A DNA stretch of 64,000 nt from NCBI GenBank assembly GCA_963700285.1, contig CAVOXA010000001.1, positions 736,001-800,000 of the forward strand. Reading direction: 5' to 3'. This DNA is from an uncultured Chloroflexia bacterium (GTDB taxonomy: Bacteria > Chloroflexota > Anaerolineae > JAAYZQ01). Positions 40,224-49,549 of this stretch are shown one piece after another (position 1 is the first letter of the stretch; the number at the start of each line of letters is the position of its first letter). The position numbers were made by a program, and so were the translations under genes. Under the pieces are notes generated by a model that saw only the letters and a list, made by a program, of their open reading frames with translations, searched no databases and had not been told where the DNA came from.

Positions 40224-41168
40224 ATGGGTGAGACGGCACTGGTTTTCCCAGGACAGGGATCACAGGAAGTGGGAATGGGCCGGGATCTGGCAGAAGCCTA
40301 TCCACAAGCCCGGCTTTTGTTTGACAAAGCTGATGCGATCCTGGGCTTTTCGCTGTCAAGTCTCTGTTTCAAGGGGCCTGAAGCAGCCTTAAACGATACG
40401 ATCAACACACAGCCGGCGCTTTTTGTTACCAGCCTGGCCGTACTGGCTGCCCTGGAGGTCGAGGGCGGAGATGCGGCGCGGCCAGCGATGGTGGCCGGCC
40501 ATAGCCTGGGCGAGCTGACTGCTCTTGCTGCGGCCGGGGCGATGGACTTTGCCGATGGCCTGCGGCTGGTGCGGGAGCGCGGCCGGTTGATGAAACTGGC
40601 CGGAGAACAGAGTCCGGGCGGCATGGCTGCCGTACTCAAGATGGACGACGAAGAAGTGGAGCAAGCCTGCCAGGAGGCCAGCGACGAGATTGGGCAGCCG
40701 GTGCAGATCGCAAACTATAACTCGCCGGGCCAGGTGGTTATCTCTGGCGACAAGGACGCACTGGCGCGGGCCATAGAATTGCTGAAGCAACGAGGCGGCC
40801 GGCGCATCATCCCCCTGGCTGTGAGCATCGCTGCCCATTCGCCGCTGATGTCTAGTGTCGTGGGTGAATACCGGGCGGCGGTGGACGCGACATCCTTCCG
40901 GGTACCTGAGGTGCCGGTCGTGGCCAATATCAGCGCTCGGCCGCTGCTGGGCGTTGATGAAATCCGCGACGAATTGGCCGGGCAGCTCACCTGGCCCGTG
41001 CGCTGGACGTCCTCGGTGCAGTGGATGATCGAGCAGGGCGTGACTCGCTTTGTCGAGGTCGGACCCAAGGACGTGCTGAGCAAACTGGCGGAGCGGATTG
41101 ACCGCCGGGCAGAGGCCCAGAGTGTAGGAGATGTAGCGTCGGTGCAAATGCTGTATCCTGGCGGATAG
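40224..41168 (+). CDS. fabD: malonyl-CoA:ACP transacylase
   Basis: FPGQGSQ, TQPA, GHSLGE, ANYNSPGQ, AHSPLM. Confidence 0.96.
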   Translation: MGETALVFPGQGSQEVGMGRDLAEAYPQARLLFDKADAILGFSLSSLCFKGPEAALNDTINTQPALFVTSLAVLAALEVEGGDAARPAMVAGHSLGELTALAAAGAMDFADGLRLVRERGRLMKLAGEQSPGGMAAVLKMDDEEVEQACQEASDEIGQPVQIANYNSPGQVVISGDKDALARAIELLKQRGGRRIIPLAVSIAAHSPLMSSVVGEYRAAVDATSFRVPEVPVVANISARPLLGVDEIRDELAGQLTWPVRWTSSVQWMIEQGVTRFVEVGPKDVLSKLAERIDRRAEAQSVGDVASVQMLYPGG

Positions 41169-41265
41169 GGCTTGTCTGCGGTGGCATCGCCGCAGGAGCA
41201 GTGGGTCTGATGCGTCGTGGTTGGTGAGGTGGATCTGGCCTTCAGAGACTGCGAGGGGGGAAGCG

Positions 41266-42012
41266 ATGAGCATTCAGGACCAGGTAGCTGTCGTAACAGG
41301 TAGCTCGCGGGGCATTGGTCGTGCCATCGCCCTGCGGTTGGCAGTGGACGGTGCTAGGCTTGTGGTCAACTACCGGAGCGACGAGGCTGCGGCCATGGAG
41401 GTCGTGGATCAGATCGTCGCCGGTGGCGGGGAGGCCGTGGCCGTTCAGGCTGACGTGAGCCAGGTTGCTGAAGCCCAGGCCCTCATCGACAGCGCCAAAA
41501 AAAGATTCGGCCGGGTGGATGTCCTGGTCAACAATGCTGGCACTACCCGGGACACGCTCATTATGCGCATGAGCGAAGACGATTGGGATCTGGTGATCGA
41601 CACCAATCTAAAGGGTACATTTAACTGCATCAAGGCTGTCACCCGGCAGATGATGCGCCAGCGCGAGGGAAGGATTGTGAATATTACCTCTGTGGCTGGT
41701 ATCAGCGGCAACCCCGGGCAGGCCAATTACGCTTCAGCCAAGGCTGGCATCATTGGGCTGACCAAGACGGTGGCCAAGGAGCTTGGTTCACGGGGCATCA
41801 CCTGCAATGCCGTAGCGCCCGGTTTTGTGCCCACAGACCTGACTGCCTCTCTGCCCGAAGAGCTGATTCAGATGGGCATTGACCGCACGCCGCTGGGCAG
41901 GCTCGGGACCCCCGAGGATTGTGCTGCCGCGGTTTCCTTCCTGGTCTCGCCGGATGCAAGTTTTATCACCGGGCAAGTACTGGCTGTGGATGGTGGCTTG
42001 GCGATTTCTTGA
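41266..42012 (+). CDS. fabG: 3-oxoacyl-ACP reductase
   Basis: TGSSRGIG, NNAGTTRD, GNPGQANYASAKAG. Confidence 0.95.
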   Translation: MSIQDQVAVVTGSSRGIGRAIALRLAVDGARLVVNYRSDEAAAMEVVDQIVAGGGEAVAVQADVSQVAEAQALIDSAKKRFGRVDVLVNNAGTTRDTLIMRMSEDDWDLVIDTNLKGTFNCIKAVTRQMMRQREGRIVNITSVAGISGNPGQANYASAKAGIIGLTKTVAKELGSRGITCNAVAPGFVPTDLTASLPEELIQMGIDRTPLGRLGTPEDCAAAVSFLVSPDASFITGQVLAVDGGLAIS

Positions 42013-42041
42013 ATGGCAGGGTTGGACGAGAGGGGCGAACA

Positions 42042-42407
42042 ATGGACGACAATCTTGGCAAGGTGATGATCGCGCCCAATGTGCTGGTCACGATCGTTCA
42101 AAAGACCGCGACTTCTGTGCCTGGTGTGCACCAGTTGTACGATAGTGTGCCTGGCGTGAAGCGACTGCTTGGCTTGCACACGGTGGGCCAGGGTGTGGAG
42201 GTAGAGGTCGCTGATGACCAGGTGGCTGTCGACGTCTACCTGGTGGCCAGGCGTGACACAGATCTGTTGCAAATGGGGCGCCAGCTACAAAGCGATGTCA
42301 CGCGTGCTATCGAGCACATTGTAGGGATGGACGTGCGTGAGGTCAATGTCCATGTCGAGGATGTCGCGACCGAACTGCCTCAGGGCAAGGTACGAAAGAA
42401 AGGGTAG
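42042..42407 (+). CDS. Asp23/Gls24 family protein (YqhY-like)
   Basis: [23 protein letters not shown]; precedes nusB. Confidence 0.88.
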   Translation: MDDNLGKVMIAPNVLVTIVQKTATSVPGVHQLYDSVPGVKRLLGLHTVGQGVEVEVADDQVAVDVYLVARRDTDLLQMGRQLQSDVTRAIEHIVGMDVREVNVHVEDVATELPQGKVRKKG

Positions 42408-42412
42408 ACTGG

Positions 42413-42832
42413 ATGAAGGTCCGCCACCAGGCGCGAGTCATCACTCTGCAATCATTGTTCGAGATTGACTGTGCCGGACACAATCCCGTTGCAGTGATTG
42501 AGCAACGGTTGGACGAAGCCGGTTTGCCAGAGCCGGGCGCGGTCTTTGCCCGTGAATTGGTGATGGGAGTCAGTAGCCATCAGGAAGAATTGGATGCCCT
42601 GATCAAGCGCTATGCGCCCGAATGGCCAGTAGAACAGATTGCCATCGTCGACCGCAATGTCCTGCGGATTTCCATTTACGAGATTACAATGCGCCAAGAC
42701 ACACCAATTAAGGTGGCCATCAACGAGGCAGTTGAGCTTGCCAAGCAGTTTGGCAGTGACAGTTCGGGCCGGTTTGTCAATGGTGTGTTAGGCTCTCTAG
42801 TTGCACAGGAAACGGTCCTTGTTAGACCATGA
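42413..42832 (+). CDS. nusB: transcription antitermination factor NusB
   Basis: [27 protein letters not shown]. Confidence 0.96.
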   Translation: MKVRHQARVITLQSLFEIDCAGHNPVAVIEQRLDEAGLPEPGAVFARELVMGVSSHQEELDALIKRYAPEWPVEQIAIVDRNVLRISIYEITMRQDTPIKVAINEAVELAKQFGSDSSGRFVNGVLGSLVAQETVLVRP

Positions 42833-43548
42833 ATATTTTCAGCAATTTGGGCATCACTGAACTAGTCCTCATCTTTCTGTTGGCCCTCTTGGTTGTCGGC
42901 CCCGAGCGACTGCCGGAATTGGGTCGGAAATTGGGCGCCACACTGCGGGATCTGCGGAAAGCCTACGAAAATCTGACCAGAGACCTGGGACCGGAGCTGG
43001 CCTCTTTCCAGGAGACTGCCCGGGAGTTGCGGGATTCGGTTGATTCTGTCCGGACCATTCCCCAGGATATGGTCCAGAAGGTAGTCAAGTCTGCTGAACT
43101 TGATGAAACCCTGGATGAGTTGAAGGGGGTGCGGGATACAGTTGGAGGAATGGGGAAGACCTTGACTGATGCCCAGAAAGCGGTCAGCAACCCCTTGAAT
43201 GCAGCCGTGGCTACGGCGCGCAGTGCGCTGTCACCTGAAAAGGCTCAAACAGAAAAGGGGCCAGGGGACGAAAGGACAATAGCAACAAGACCCGCCGAGG
43301 AGCCTGGCGACGCGGCAGGGATGGCACAAAAAGCAGCAGCGGGTGCTGAGCAGCAAAATGCATCCCGGCCCGACGCCGGGACGGCTACAAGTGTGGAGGA
43401 AGAGCCTATTCCAGCCAATACTGGGGCTGGTAGTGAAACAGTGGCTGCTGCCAAGGTGACCGCTGACCCCACAGCTCTTGCAGAACAACAGGAGCAGGAC
43501 AGTCTGGAGGTGGATACTACGGTCCCCCCGGAGCAGGACGATGATTGA
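42829..43548 (+). CDS. tatB: twin-arginine translocase TatA/TatB family subunit with long C-tail
   Basis: [21 protein letters not shown]; upstream of tatC. Confidence 0.8.
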   Translation: MNIFSNLGITELVLIFLLALLVVGPERLPELGRKLGATLRDLRKAYENLTRDLGPELASFQETARELRDSVDSVRTIPQDMVQKVVKSAELDETLDELKGVRDTVGGMGKTLTDAQKAVSNPLNAAVATARSALSPEKAQTEKGPGDERTIATRPAEEPGDAAGMAQKAAAGAEQQNASRPDAGTATSVEEEPIPANTGAGSETVAAAKVTADPTALAEQQEQDSLEVDTTVPPEQDDD

Positions 43549-44803
43549 TGATCCATCTGTTCCGATGAGCTACGATCCTTCCAGCCCGATGGATGATGAG
43601 CGGACCACTCCAGATGGCGAGGGAGAAGCTGAGTCAGGAATTGGCTCCTCTAGTGATGCTCAGGACACGCCAAGCAGCGAACCAGAAGCTGAACCTGAAA
43701 CGACGCCCTCGACCGACTCCCAGGAAACGCAGCGCAGCGAGGCAGATTCCGAGCCTGAGATGGCACCCTTGATAGATTCTCAGGATATGCCGAGCAGCGA
43801 GCCGGACCCTGAGCATGAAGCGATGCCGTTGGCTGATGCTCAGGATACCCCGAGCAGCGAGCCAGACCCTGAGCCTGAAACGACGCCCTTGACAGACCCT
43901 CAGGATGCGCCGAGCAGCGAGCCAGACTTCGAGCCTGTACCGGCGCCCTCGACTGAGGCATTGATCGCGCCCAGTGGGGAGTCGGATGCTGATCAGACGA
44001 GTGCACCGGAGAGCAGTACCCAGGCTGAGGTGCGCGCTGAGCCTGTTGCAGAGGCCAAGGCCAAATCTGCTGGCACGGCCCAAAGCCCAGCAGAAAGTGT
44101 GCCAGGCACCGAGCCGGCCGTCATGCCGCTCATGGAGCACCTCATAGAACTCCGCAAGCGGCTAACATGGGCTGTGCTGGCGCTCTTGATTAGTACGGGT
44201 ATCAGCTTTATCTTTGCCAAGCAGGTGTTGATCTTTCTCATTGCGCCCATGGGGGATGCTATGCCCCAGGCCCTCAAGCCCACCGAGTCCCTGGGCAACT
44301 ATATGAAGGTGGCCCTCATCTGCGGCGTAACATTGGCCATGCCAGTGATCGTGTACCAAATCGGGCGCTTTCTGGCGCCTGGACTGACAAAGCAAGAGAA
44401 GCGCTGGCTTTTCGTGTTGGTGCCCGGAGCTACCTTGTGTTTTGTGGTCGGCGCTGCCTTTGCCTACTTTGTAATGCTTCCGACGGCCATCCCCTTCCTC
44501 CAGGGTTTCATGTCCGACATCATCGATCAGGCGTGGGCCATCGGCGAGTACCTGTCCTTCGTCACTTCCCTCCTCTTGTGGATCGGACTGGCCTTTGAGT
44601 TGCCCCTCTTCGTCTTCTTTTTGGCCAAACTGGGCATCATTAACGTCGAGATGCTCACCAAGAACCGAAAATACGCCTATCTGGGCATCGCGGTGGCAGC
44701 GGCGATTATCACCCCCACGGTTGACCCGTTGAACATGATGCTCGTCATGGGTCCCTTGATTGTCCTGTACGAGGTAGGTGTGATCCTGGCCAGGATCGCC
44801 TGA
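43541..44803 (+). CDS. tatC: twin-arginine translocase TatC with acidic repetitive N-terminal extension
   Basis: MPLMEHLIELRKRL, FLAPGL, FELP, AAIITPTVDP, LYE. Confidence 0.93.
   Translation: MIDDPSVPMSYDPSSPMDDERTTPDGEGEAESGIGSSSDAQDTPSSEPEAEPETTPSTDSQETQRSEADSEPEMAPLIDSQDMPSSEPDPEHEAMPLADAQDTPSSEPDPEPETTPLTDPQDAPSSEPDFEPVPAPSTEALIAPSGESDADQTSAPESSTQAEVRAEPVAEAKAKSAGTAQSPAESVPGTEPAVMPLMEHLIELRKRLTWAVLALLISTGISFIFAKQVLIFLIAPMGDAMPQALKPTESLGNYMKVALICGVTLAMPVIVYQIGRFLAPGLTKQEKRWLFVLVPGATLCFVVGAAFAYFVMLPTAIPFLQGFMSDIIDQAWAIGEYLSFVTSLLLWIGLAFELPLFVFFLAKLGIINVEMLTKNRKYAYLGIAVAAAIITPTVDPLNMMLVMGPLIVLYEVGVILARIA
43655..43954 (+). repeat. 60-nt (20-aa) coding tandem repeat, 5 copies plus a degenerate sixth
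   Basis: DAQDTPSSEPEAEPETTPST-like units. Confidence 0.9.
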
Positions 44804-44906
44804 TTCCCGTTTTCAGAACCAAGCAAATAGCCAGGTGACCGCAGTACCGGCAGCAGACAGCGGGAACAATCTGCTGCCGGTGTCGCGCTTGTGTCTCACG
44901 TCTAGA

Positions 44907-44935
44907 TTTACATTTGGCTGATTCTGGTGTAGAAT
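44907..44935 (+). promoter_or_regulatory. sigma70-like promoter of methyltransferase-parA operon
   Basis: TTTACA-17 nt-TAGAAT. Confidence 0.55.
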
Positions 44936-45029
44936 GGGAGCGCATCGTGTCCACCTAGAACTGCAAGACGTCCCCAACATGGTGCACTGAGAACCTGGCA
45001 AGCCAACCCAGGTCAGAACAAAGGATATC

Positions 45030-45842
45030 ATGACGATCAAAGACCTACGACAGGCCAATATCGAAACTCGCGAGGTGTGGAACGAGAACGCCGCTTTCTG
45101 GGATGAGCGTATGGGTGAGGGCAACGATTTTGTTGAGCTGCTGATCTGGCCCGCGACGGAGCGCCTGCTGGAGCTGCAACCGGGCGAACGGGTGCTGGAT
45201 ATCGCCTGTGGCAACGGCTTGACCTCGCGGCGCATGGCGGCCATCGGGGCCGAGGTTGTGGCCTGTGATTTTGCGGCTGAGATGGTGGCCCATGCCCGGG
45301 CTCGCACGGCAGACCATGCAGCACCGATCCAATACCATGTTCTCGATGCGACCGACGAGGTTGCCCTCCTGGCACTGGGTGAGGGCCGGTTTGATGCTGC
45401 TCTGTGCAGTATGGCGCTCTTTGACATGGCCGAGATCGAGCCGCTCATGAGGGCTCTGGCCCGGCTCCTACACCCCGGAGGACGTTTCGTGTTCTCGGTA
45501 CTTCATCCTTGTTTCAACCATGTCCACATGGTTCAGATGGCCGAGATGGAGGACCGGGAAGGGCAGATCGTCACCACCTACTCGGTGAAGGTCTTTGGCT
45601 ACATGACTCCCTCGGTGGCCCGCGGTACGGCCATTGGTGGGCAGCCAAAGCCGCAGCTCTATTTTGATCGTCCCTTGCAGGTGTTGCTGGGTGCTGCTTT
45701 CGCGGCGGGCTTTGTTCTGGATGGTTTGGAGGAGAGGGCGTTTCCTCCGGAGCATTTGCCCGACCGGAACCCGTTGGCCTGGAGCGGTAACTTTTGCGAG
45801 ATCCCGCCCGTACTTGTGGCGCGGGCGCGTCTGGCTGGATAG
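45030..45842 (+). CDS. class I SAM-dependent methyltransferase
   Basis: VLDIACGNG, LHPGGRFVFSVLHPCF. Confidence 0.9.
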   Translation: MTIKDLRQANIETREVWNENAAFWDERMGEGNDFVELLIWPATERLLELQPGERVLDIACGNGLTSRRMAAIGAEVVACDFAAEMVAHARARTADHAAPIQYHVLDATDEVALLALGEGRFDAALCSMALFDMAEIEPLMRALARLLHPGGRFVFSVLHPCFNHVHMVQMAEMEDREGQIVTTYSVKVFGYMTPSVARGTAIGGQPKPQLYFDRPLQVLLGAAFAAGFVLDGLEERAFPPEHLPDRNPLAWSGNFCEIPPVLVARARLAG

Positions 45843-45854
45843 GGCGAGGAATTC

Positions 45855-46604
45855 ATGAGAAAGATTGTTGTCGCCCTTTCAAAAGGGGGTGTGGGCAAGA
45901 CCACAACGGCGATTAACCTGGCGGCAGGTCTGGCCAAGAGTGGCAACCGCGTGCTCCTGGTTGACATGGATACGCAGGGACAGGTGGCAAAGGCTCTGGG
46001 ACTTGAGCCTCAGGCAGGCCTGGCCGAGGTCATGGCTGGCGAGCTGTCGGCAGACAGAGCAATAACGGTGGCTAGGGAAGGGCTCTGGCTTTTGGCTGGA
46101 GGCCGCTCCCTGGCTGGTCTGAAGCGAGATATTGCCCGTAAGGACTTTGGCGGCGAAAAGAGCTTGGCCGAGGCCCTTGGCCCGCTGGAAGGATGCTACG
46201 ATCAGGTCATTGTTGATACAGCGCCCGCGTGGGATGTGCTGATGGTCAACGCACTCTTTTATGCGGACGAGGTCCTGATCCCGGTCGCATTGGAGGTCAT
46301 GGCTCTGCAAGGCCTGGTTGATTTTTCCCATGCGTTGGGCCCCATCCAGAAATACCACCGGAATCTGGTCCTGCGCTACGTTCTCCCGACCTTTATGGAT
46401 CGCCGGGTTAAAAAGTCGGAAGAGATCCTCCATCAATTGGGGCATCACTATGCCGAGCGGGTCTGCGATCCCATCCGCTACAACGTGCGGTTGTCGGAGG
46501 CGCCAGGGTATGGCCAGACCATCTACGAGTATTCTCCAACCTGTGCTGGCTCCCAAGACTATATGAAACTTACTGAAAGGGTGTTGCAGGATGGCCAGTC
46601 GTAA
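45855..46604 (+). CDS. ParA/Soj family ATPase
   Basis: KGGVGKTTT, LLVDMDTQG, VDTAP, IRYNVRLSEAP.YG.TIYEY. Confidence 0.93.
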   Translation: MRKIVVALSKGGVGKTTTAINLAAGLAKSGNRVLLVDMDTQGQVAKALGLEPQAGLAEVMAGELSADRAITVAREGLWLLAGGRSLAGLKRDIARKDFGGEKSLAEALGPLEGCYDQVIVDTAPAWDVLMVNALFYADEVLIPVALEVMALQGLVDFSHALGPIQKYHRNLVLRYVLPTFMDRRVKKSEEILHQLGHHYAERVCDPIRYNVRLSEAPGYGQTIYEYSPTCAGSQDYMKLTERVLQDGQS

Positions 46605-47085
46605 AGAGACTCCAGACGTACTTGGTGAGCTGTTAGGTGGTAGTACATCTCCACCCCGGCCGGTGCCCGTGATGGTAGCCAATCTGCTGCCTGGGGAAGG
46701 ACCTGAGCCAATACCTGCGGATGAACCGAAACCAGCGATGGTGGCAGAATCTAAACCGGTGCTGCTGGAAAAACCCAAGGCGCTTCCAGCGTCAGAACCG
46801 GCATTGGATCTTGTGGCGGGGGTTGAGCCAGTTCACGGGCGTGGGGTATCCAGCCGCCCGCGCCGGACCAAGGATCTACGGTGGGAGTATGTCGAGATCG
46901 TATTCTGCGATCATGGTGGCTTTCGCCCGCGTTATATCAACGGCCTGGAGTCAAGGAACTGGAAAAAAGCCCCGCTCATCTACGACTATTTGAATTACCT
47001 TGGCGAGCAGGGCTGGGAGCTGGCCGGGGTAGGTGGCCGGCACAAAGGTCAGATGCCTGCCTACGTGAAGCGGCTGAAACGATAG
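46591..47085 (+). CDS. hypothetical protein with Pro-rich linker and C-terminal DUF4177-like domain
   Basis: WEY...YLNYLGEQGWELAGV...YVKR pattern; overlaps the parA stop. Confidence 0.65.
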   Translation: MASRKETPDVLGELLGGSTSPPRPVPVMVANLLPGEGPEPIPADEPKPAMVAESKPVLLEKPKALPASEPALDLVAGVEPVHGRGVSSRPRRTKDLRWEYVEIVFCDHGGFRPRYINGLESRNWKKAPLIYDYLNYLGEQGWELAGVGGRHKGQMPAYVKRLKR

Positions 47086-47125
47086 GGAGCGTTCTGGCAA
47101 CCTCTGATGCAGGGCTTTCGCTACC

Positions 47126-48163
47126 TCACAGACCCCGGAGGCTTTGTCTCTGTGGCATCTCGCCCCGAAGAAACCCCTCGGCCAGCTCTACCAAGTCTTT
47201 GTTGCCGACAAAAACTGGCGTGCGTTGGTGCAGCTCGGTAGGCTGAATGTTCAGGATTCGCTGCCAGCCATCGGATGCGGCCCCGCCTGCCTGCTCTGCG
47301 AGGAAAGCCATCGGCGCTACCTCGTACAGCAGGCGCAGCTTGCCGTGGGGTCTCTTGGGATCGCGACTATCAGCAGGGTAGTAAAAGATGCCGCCACCCA
47401 AAAGATTCCGGTGAAAGTCGGCCACCAGCGATCCCACGTAGCGCATGGAGAGGTTTTGGGCCTGGAGATGCTCGGTGTATTCCTGGATCTCGCGTGGCCA
47501 GTAGCGCTCGTAGCCCTGGTTGACGCTGTAGAACTTGGGCGGCTCTGGAATGCGGATATCGGGATGGGTCAGCAGGAATTCTCCTACCGTCTGGTCGAGC
47601 GTGAAACCATGCACGCCGTCGCCCGCGCTGTAGACCAGCATGGTACTGGGTCCGTAGAGGATATAGCCGGCGGCTACAATGTCGCGCCCGGGCTGCAAGC
47701 AGTCGTCGATAGTGCCCCGTGTCCCATCTGGCGACTTGCGGCGCATGATGGAAAAGACAGTCCCGATGCTGACCGCATAGTCGATGTTGGAGGAGCCATC
47801 CAGCGGGTCAAAGACCAACACATAGTGGCCCGTGTCGTATTGATCCGGGATGGGGATTACGCTCTGGCTTTCTTCAGATGCCATAACTGCCAGGCGGCCG
47901 GTAAACTGATTGAGGCGTACGATGGTGGCGTTGGCATACTCGTCCAGCTTGGCCACCTCCTCGCCTTGGACGTTGAAATGGCCGGTGAGGCCCAGGATGT
48001 CCTGGAGCCCGGCCATGGTGGTCTCTCGGGCGATCACCTTTCCGGCCAATGCGATGTCGTACAGGATGCTGGTCAACGCGCCGGTAGCTCCTGGATATTG
48101 CTTTTGCTGCTGTAGGATGTGGCGTTCAATTGTGATGACCCGGTCGGGACTCGTATCCTCCAT
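47126..48163 (-). CDS. fbp: fructose-1,6-bisphosphatase class 1
   Basis: [39 protein letters not shown]. Confidence 0.96.
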   Translation of the reverse strand: MEDTSPDRVITIERHILQQQKQYPGATGALTSILYDIALAGKVIARETTMAGLQDILGLTGHFNVQGEEVAKLDEYANATIVRLNQFTGRLAVMASEESQSVIPIPDQYDTGHYVLVFDPLDGSSNIDYAVSIGTVFSIMRRKSPDGTRGTIDDCLQPGRDIVAAGYILYGPSTMLVYSAGDGVHGFTLDQTVGEFLLTHPDIRIPEPPKFYSVNQGYERYWPREIQEYTEHLQAQNLSMRYVGSLVADFHRNLLGGGIFYYPADSRDPKRPHGKLRLLYEVAPMAFLAEQAGGAASDGWQRILNIQPTELHQRTPVFVGNKDLVELAEGFLRGEMPQRQSLRGL

Positions 48164-48378
48164 GGTTACGTTCCTCCTCCTGTGCTGGGTGAGGACATTG
48201 TAGCGTAGAACCGGTAGAGAGGCAAGTAGTATCCTGCGAGATGGTGAACTCTGTGGTCATCCATTCTGAGATCCAGCTGCAAACACTTTTTCTCCCCTTG
48301 GTTTTGTGCCAAGATGGGGACTGTTACGGGTACCAAGACAAGTATCAGCCAGGGCTGACTTCCTGGCCCCGTCTTTGG

Positions 48379-49371
48379 TCACTCGGTGAACAGAAGCTGG
48401 CCATATACAGCCCGATGGTCCATGCCCCAACCTCCATCGAGCCGTGCGGTCCCGGGCGACTCGCCGAGGACCCGGGCGGTACCCGTGAGAAAGTTGCTGG
48501 TCACATGGTCGTAGGTTCTTGTGAAAAACGGATAGCGCAGTGTGGGATATGGTGGCTCGCGCTCCGCAATTCCACTGTGATAGACATAGCCCGAGGCGCT
48601 ATCGAGGCCGATCTGCTGTCGCCAATAGCGGATGCTTGGGTCATCCTCACGCCAGGGATCGAGGTTAAAGTCACCCATGATGAGGGCTTTTCTTTCGCGT
48701 ACCAGGCTCTCTGACTCAAATACCTGCTGGATGGCGGCCAGACGGCAGGGGGGGCTCCGATTCTCGGCGTGGGCGTTTACGACGTCAAAGGTACGACCTT
48801 TAATCTGTACAGTCGCGGCCATGATGGATACGCTGTGGCGGCAGTCCTCTTGCTGCCGCTCAAAGCGGTTGGTGTGGCACAGGGCGCCCGGCTCGCAGCC
48901 CAGAATACCGCCGGCACCGGTTCGGACGGCGATGCACTCGAATGCGTTTCGCCTTTCACAGATGATGGTATAATCTGGTCCAACCAACCTGCGAACCTGT
49001 GGATGGTCGGGGGAACCGGCGCAGACACTCCCGGGAAGGGTCAGTCGGCGGTTTTCGCACATCCAGGGTGGCAAGGTTTCCTGGATGCCAACGAGGTCTG
49101 GATGCAGAGCCTGAAGGTTCCTCGCGATCCGCGTTTCCACGGCCCGCCGGCAGAGCTTTACAAAATAGGGCCAGCACAAGGGTGACGTATTGCCAACATT
49201 GACGGTCATCACCGTTAGTCCGTCGCGATTGTTATTCATTTCGGGAATTGAGGCCCTCCTGCTGCTTGTGTCGGAAGGCTGATCCCGCAAAGGCCAGCAC
49301 ATTCCGATCGCAAAAAGGATGGTAAGGATGCCTGGAACTGGGACAAGCAGAAACATCCGGCTCTGGCGCAT
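48379..49371 (-). CDS. endonuclease/exonuclease/phosphatase family protein with N-terminal membrane anchor
   Basis: MTVNVGN, DLVGIQE, NAH, MGDFN, YDH, MDHRAV motifs; start set at ATG 49371. Confidence 0.8.
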   Translation of the reverse strand: MRQSRMFLLVPVPGILTILFAIGMCWPLRDQPSDTSSRRASIPEMNNNRDGLTVMTVNVGNTSPLCWPYFVKLCRRAVETRIARNLQALHPDLVGIQETLPPWMCENRRLTLPGSVCAGSPDHPQVRRLVGPDYTIICERRNAFECIAVRTGAGGILGCEPGALCHTNRFERQQEDCRHSVSIMAATVQIKGRTFDVVNAHAENRSPPCRLAAIQQVFESESLVRERKALIMGDFNLDPWREDDPSIRYWRQQIGLDSASGYVYHSGIAEREPPYPTLRYPFFTRTYDHVTSNFLTGTARVLGESPGTARLDGGWGMDHRAVYGQLLFTE

Positions 49372-49378
49372 GACGGTT

Positions 49379-49407
49379 ATTATAGTCCAATGCCTGGTGA
49401 CGGTCAA
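49379..49407 (-). promoter_or_regulatory. sigma70-like promoter directly before ATG (leaderless)
   Basis: Minus strand TTGACC-17 nt-TATAAT-AACCGTC-ATG. Confidence 0.7.
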
Positions 49408-49549
49408 CCTCTGTCACAGTCATAGACACTTATGTCGGGACAAACTGGCAGTCTTGGTGAACGCAGGATTGCACCCAGGGCTGGGTCGGAGGGTCTTGGT
49501 CCAATGACCGAACCAGGGTAAGACCGCAAAGAGAAGGAGGACACCAAGC

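Noticed and set aside
30958-42407. Two Asp23-family paralogues
   Set aside because: Both contexts (next to DAK2 and next to nusB) are well-known conserved arrangements
43655-43954. Regular 60-nt repeats as a possible CRISPR array
   Set aside because: In-frame coding repeats with codon-type variation, no unique spacers and no cas genes
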